DNA from: Limisphaerales bacterium
GTDB lineage: Bacteria > Verrucomicrobiota > Verrucomicrobiia > Limisphaerales > JAJOIW01
DNA length: 64,000 nucleotides
Direction of reading: 5' to 3'
Assembly (NCBI GenBank): GCA_965657355.1
Contig: CBFHOE010000003.1
Location: 64,001-128,000, forward strand
Numbering within the stretch: position 1 is the stretch's first letter; each line of letters opens with the position of its first letter. The notes below the pieces were generated by a model. That model searched no databases and was not told the DNA's origin. It worked only from the letters and a program-made list of their open reading frames with translations. A program made the position numbers and the translations under genes. Below, piece by piece: positions 59,802-64,000 of this stretch.

Positions 59802-61559
59802 ATGGAGATGGAAGGCCTGACCAAAGACGAAATCTCCGATATTTTGGAAGAAATTGGAACACTACTGGAGCTCAAAGAAGAAAACACTTTTAAAATTCGA
59901 GCCTACACTAATGGTGCTCGAGCGCTGCGAACTTTGGACGGCGATATAGAAGACTTAATATCGCAAGATACATTAAAAGAAGTAAAAGGTATAGGAAGTG
60001 CCCTAACTTTAAAAATAACTGAATTAGCCAAGACTGGCGAATTACAGTTTTACAAAGATTTAAAAAAATCGGTTGAGCCTGGTCTTATTGAAATGCTTGA
60101 TATACCCGGTATGGGGCCAAAGAAGGTCGTCGCTCTCCATGCTCAACTTAATATTAAAACAGTCAGTGAGCTTAAAACAGCTTGTAAGGACGATAGAGTT
60201 GCCACTCTTCCTGGTTTTGGGAAGAAAACACAAGAGAAGATTCTTGCTGGCATAGAATACAGGAAACAATACGCAAGTCACATACGACTAGATGAAGCAC
60301 ACCAGCTTGCGGAGACAATAATTGAGGAATTAAGAAATCATCCAGATGTTATCCGCTCATCGGTTGCTGGAAGTTTCAGGAGGTCTAAGGAAATAATTGG
60401 TGATTTAGATTTTCTAGTTTCGGCAAAGGATGGAAGAGATATATCAAATTATTTTGTTTCCATGGATTTGGTAAAGGATGTCATTGCCCATGGAGAAACT
60501 AAATCTAGTGTGAGATTAATACAAGGAACTCAAGCAGATTTACGAGTTGTAACAGACGATGAATTTCCCTTTGCTCTCCACTATTTTACGGGCAGTAAAG
60601 AGCACAATATTGGTATGCGCCAGCGTGCCATTAAAAAAGGGTTGCGACTGAATGAATACGGACTCTTTAAATCAGACAAGGAAACCAAAGATAAAAATCT
60701 AAGGGTGACATGCCGTAGTGAGGAGGACATTTTCTCTGAACTAGGTATGGATTTTATTCCCCCGGAGATGCGTGAGGATAATGGCGAATTTGAATTGGCA
60801 GAATCATCAAAAGTTCCAAGACTTATCGAATGGACGCAACTAAAAGGATCTCTTCATAATCATACGAATTGGAGTGATGGGATTCATTCGCTGGGCGAGA
60901 CAGCCGAGTATATGCGAGAACTCGGTCTTCAGTATTGGGCGATTACTGACCATTCAAAATCAAGTTTTCAAGCTAGTGGGCTCGATGAAAAAAAATTAGC
61001 CCAACAGGTGGCTGAGATCCAAAAAATAAATACAAATTACGAGAGCACTGGAATTGATTTCAGGCTCTTATCAGGGACTGAAGTTGATATTCTGAACGAA
61101 GGTGTTTTAGATTTTCAGGACAGCATTCTTTGTGAACTAGATGTTGTGGTTGCCAGTATTCATAACGGGTTTACTCAATCCAAGAGCGTTATGACAAAGA
61201 GAATCATTAAGGCCATTGAGAATCCTAACGTGGATATTTTAGGGCATATGACCGGGAGGCTGTTACTGGCACGTGAGCCCTACCAGCTAGACATAAAAAA
61301 AATCATTGATGCCTGTGCTGCAAATGGCACCTGGATTGAACTTAACGCAAGTCCTTACCGGCTTGATTTGGATTGGAGGCATTGGAGACATGCTATTTCA
61401 AAAGGTGTAAAATGTGTTATAAATCCCGACGCTCATCGTAATGAACATGCTGGCTATTTAAAATTGGCAACCTCAGTAGCGAGAAAGGCAGGATTGACTC
61501 CTGGTGATGTCATTAACAGTCTGCCTTTAAATGATCTACTCAGTAAATTACACCCATAA
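59802..61559 (+). CDS. polX: DNA polymerase X with PHP domain
   Basis: NTFKIRAY, AGSFRR..E.IGDLD, ADLRVV, YFTGSKEHN, HNHTNWSDG, ITDHS, NPDAH. Confidence 0.96.
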   Translation: MEMEGLTKDEISDILEEIGTLLELKEENTFKIRAYTNGARALRTLDGDIEDLISQDTLKEVKGIGSALTLKITELAKTGELQFYKDLKKSVEPGLIEMLDIPGMGPKKVVALHAQLNIKTVSELKTACKDDRVATLPGFGKKTQEKILAGIEYRKQYASHIRLDEAHQLAETIIEELRNHPDVIRSSVAGSFRRSKEIIGDLDFLVSAKDGRDISNYFVSMDLVKDVIAHGETKSSVRLIQGTQADLRVVTDDEFPFALHYFTGSKEHNIGMRQRAIKKGLRLNEYGLFKSDKETKDKNLRVTCRSEEDIFSELGMDFIPPEMREDNGEFELAESSKVPRLIEWTQLKGSLHNHTNWSDGIHSLGETAEYMRELGLQYWAITDHSKSSFQASGLDEKKLAQQVAEIQKINTNYESTGIDFRLLSGTEVDILNEGVLDFQDSILCELDVVVASIHNGFTQSKSVMTKRIIKAIENPNVDILGHMTGRLLLAREPYQLDIKKIIDACAANGTWIELNASPYRLDLDWRHWRHAISKGVKCVINPDAHRNEHAGYLKLATSVARKAGLTPGDVINSLPLNDLLSKLHP

Positions 61560-61841
61560 TTGTTCAATGAATTTGATATTTCGAGACCTCGCGCCTCAAA
61601 TAGCCCAAGGAAGCGAAATTGGAATATGAAATTCACCCAAAGTTCCTTTATAAAATAAATCCAGATTTGCCTACTTATACTGGGGCTTAACTTTTATAAT
61701 GGAATCAGTTTGTTGATAAGTCTCAGATCATGAATCCATGCATTAATTCAAAATCAATGGATGGTTCTCTGGTTCTTCGGGGCAACATCGAGTCCAATTA
61801 AAATATGAAGAGTAGCTATAAAGATGTAAATTGAACACGCG

Positions 61842-62789
61842 TCATCCTCCTCGTGTTGTCATGCCTGGCTGCTTGTCTTGATAATGATTCAATATAAAAT
61901 TTTTTGCTTCCAGTGGATCTGAGGATGGTAAAATTTGTGATGGGGGCATTTGGTTCCGAAACCAAGTTCGTTGCCTTTTTGCAAATTGTCTCGTTTTTAT
62001 TTTTATCGACTCGACAGCATCCTGAAGCTCTGTGTCACCTTGGAGGTAGGAAATGATTTGGCGATACCCGATGGCCTGAGCAGCAGAATGGTTTTGTAGA
62101 ATACCCTCATCGATTAATCTAGATGTTTCCTCCACTAGCCCATTTTCAAGCATCTTATCCACACGCTGCTCCATTTTCTTGAGATGATCTTCTAATTCTG
62201 GCTGTATGACGTATACACATTTTGGCCAGTTTGAGATATTTTGATCCCAAGGAGATTTTAAATCCTTTGGGGGTCGACCGGTGAGTCTTACAATTTCTAT
62301 GGCTCGAATTAATCTTCTAGGATTATCTTTATCGATATAATTGAATGTTGATGGGGCTTCAGATTTTAGAATGATCTGTAATTCTTCTAGTGTGAGTTTT
62401 TCTAGATTTTTTCTTAGCTCTGCATCCTTTGGCGGGGCTGTTCCAATCCCTTGGAAAAAAGCTTTTAAGTATAACCCCGTTCCTCCACAAAAAATAGGAA
62501 CACGACCTCTTTCAAATATCTCTTGGTATAATTTGGATGCTTTATCAATGAACTTAGCGACATCGAACTCTTCAACGACAGAGCAAATGTCAATCATATG
62601 GTGAGGGACAGTCATCTGTTCTTTTTTAGAAACTTTTGCCGTTCCCACATCCATCCCCTTGTAGACTTGCATCGAATCAACCGAGATAATTTCACCAGAC
62701 AGTTCTTTGGCAATTTTTATAGCGAGGTCAGATTTGCCAGAACCCGTAGGACCAGTAATTATGATGGGATTTGGACTCATGCCATCCAT
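61842..62789 (-). CDS. miaA: tRNA dimethylallyltransferase
   Basis: GPTGSGKS, SVDSMQVY.GMDVGTAK, GGTGLY, QAIGYRQ, TRQFAKRQRTWF. Confidence 0.97.
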   Translation of the reverse strand: MDGMSPNPIIITGPTGSGKSDLAIKIAKELSGEIISVDSMQVYKGMDVGTAKVSKKEQMTVPHHMIDICSVVEEFDVAKFIDKASKLYQEIFERGRVPIFCGGTGLYLKAFFQGIGTAPPKDAELRKNLEKLTLEELQIILKSEAPSTFNYIDKDNPRRLIRAIEIVRLTGRPPKDLKSPWDQNISNWPKCVYVIQPELEDHLKKMEQRVDKMLENGLVEETSRLIDEGILQNHSAAQAIGYRQIISYLQGDTELQDAVESIKIKTRQFAKRQRTWFRNQMPPSQILPSSDPLEAKNFILNHYQDKQPGMTTRGG

Positions 62790-62800
62790 AGAAAAATGTT

Positions 62801-63403
62801 TCAGGAGTTTTTTTCTGAAGATGTATTTTTCAAACCCTCAGTTTCGGAAGGTTGGGCTTTTTCTTTGCTCAAGGCTTGTTTGCGCGCCTCTTTTGCTGAC
62901 AAAAGAAAAATGAGCCCAATGCCGGTAGTAATTGCCGTATCAGCTACATTGAAAGCAGGGAAACCGATTTCTGAGACGATGACACTGCCTGACTTTCTTT
63001 GTGTGTAAAAGAAAAGAAAATCAACGACATAATTATGTACTAATCTATCAATTAAATTTCCAACGATCCCACCATTGATCAGGCCCATGGCCCACCTGCC
63101 AAGAGCATGATGAATCTCGAAAAAACTTCGGAAGAAAAAGATGGCCACAATTGCTCCCATTGCAATTATGGCAAGTAGATGGTTTTGGCCAGAAAACATG
63201 CTGAAAGCTGAGCCCGTGTTTCCCCAATAAACCAGTTTAAAAAATCCCTCTATGACTGGAATTTCTTGGCTTCGAAAATCTATATTAAAATGAACTACCC
63301 ACTTCGTGAGTTGGTCTAGGGCAATAATTCCGAGAGCTATAGAGTAGACTCGTATAACATGAGATCTCTCTGACGATAATCCAGAATCTTTATCCATAAC
63401 CAC
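62801..63403 (-). CDS. lspA: Lipoprotein signal peptidase II
   Basis: LDQLTK, NTGSAFS, GNLIDR, VVDF, PAFNVAD. Confidence 0.95.
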   Translation of the reverse strand: MVMDKDSGLSSERSHVIRVYSIALGIIALDQLTKWVVHFNIDFRSQEIPVIEGFFKLVYWGNTGSAFSMFSGQNHLLAIIAMGAIVAIFFFRSFFEIHHALGRWAMGLINGGIVGNLIDRLVHNYVVDFLFFYTQRKSGSVIVSEIGFPAFNVADTAITTGIGLIFLLSAKEARKQALSKEKAQPSETEGLKNTSSEKNS

Positions 63404-63486
63404 TTACGGTTTTCATGATTACATAAATCATAGAACAATGCAAAGCACATACGGCCTACAGTGTGTTAAGGTCGTCTACCCTTATT

Positions 63487-64000
63487 TTATTGGGCTGGGG
63501 TAAGCTTCAATAATCTAAAAGCAAAATCTAGCCATAGTGGCGTTGACGCGAATGCCACGGCTGATGTTGCGAAAATAATTTGAGTCGCTGTGTTCGCATC
63601 TCCACCATAATGTTTGGCAAGAACAACGGGAAAAACAGCACATGGCATCGCAGCTTGAATAGCTATCACAGTTGTTAGTTCGGATGTAAAATGTGACCAT
63701 CCTGCTGCCCAAATAAAAATGACGGGCATTATCCCAATTCTTATACCTAGAGAGAGCATCCAAGCCCCTGGCTTCCCGAGTGCCTTTAAACCTTTTATAT
63801 GGTCTGCCATGGCCATTCCAACCAAAAGAATGCCAACAGGAATTGTGCACCCACTCAAGACCTCGATGAGATTCCACAATGGGGCAGGGATCATTTCCCC
63901 TAGATCTAAAATTCGAATGAGAACACAACAAACCAAAGCGATCAAAGGAGGGTTTAATATTCTTTTGATGACCTGCCGAACGGAGTTTGATCCAGCCATC
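63487..64000 (-). CDS. AEC (auxin efflux carrier) family transporter, 3' part (truncated by the window edge)
   Basis: ILNPPLIA, IPVGILLVG, QAAMPCAVFPVVLAKHYGGD. Confidence 0.88.
   Translation of the reverse strand, partial: MAGSNSVRQVIKRILNPPLIALVCCVLIRILDLGEMIPAPLWNLIEVLSGCTIPVGILLVGMAMADHIKGLKALGKPGAWMLSLGIRIGIMPVIFIWAAGWSHFTSELTTVIAIQAAMPCAVFPVVLAKHYGGDANTATQIIFATSAVAFASTPLWLDFAFRLLKLTPAQ

Noticed and set aside
425..63931. Numerous short antisense or alternate-frame ORFs in the track (e.g. 6296-6715, 15376-15924, 46445-46969, 62598-63008)
   Set aside because: They lie within well-supported genes and have no recognisable motifs; treated as shadow ORFs.

Overview
Chromosomal window from a moderately AT-rich bacterium. 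Gene styles (RpiB-GlyA fusion, short Jag/KhpB, ParE/ParC type, DPDxDG-type C-terminal domains) suggest Verrucomicrobiota; this is an inference. It is mostly housekeeping: rho, purD, parE/parC, dus, modABC, rsmI, prc, rpmH-rnpA-yidC-jag, pdxA, polX, miaA, lspA. No rRNA, tRNA, CRISPR array, IS or prophage was recognised. Notable items: (1) an ArsC-family gene missed by the ORF track, with in-frame UGA at the catalytic Cys12 position and a SECIS-like hairpin, i.e. a probable selenoprotein (51717-52076, -); (2) a three-gene operon of a glutaminase-less AsnB-like ligase, a RaSEA-like radical SAM enzyme and a flavin-dependent halogenase-like enzyme, a pathway I cannot assign; (3) three SPFH (HflK/HflC-like) genes coupled to a P1B ATPase with altered metal-ligand motifs; (4) a phosphatase-RpiB-GlyA triple fusion; (5) a 2589-aa furin/kexin-like protease with about 19 tandem ~95-aa repeats and a recent internal duplication; (6) a matrixin operon with a coupled TIMP/OB-like partner; (7) a catalytically dead S41 protease homolog.
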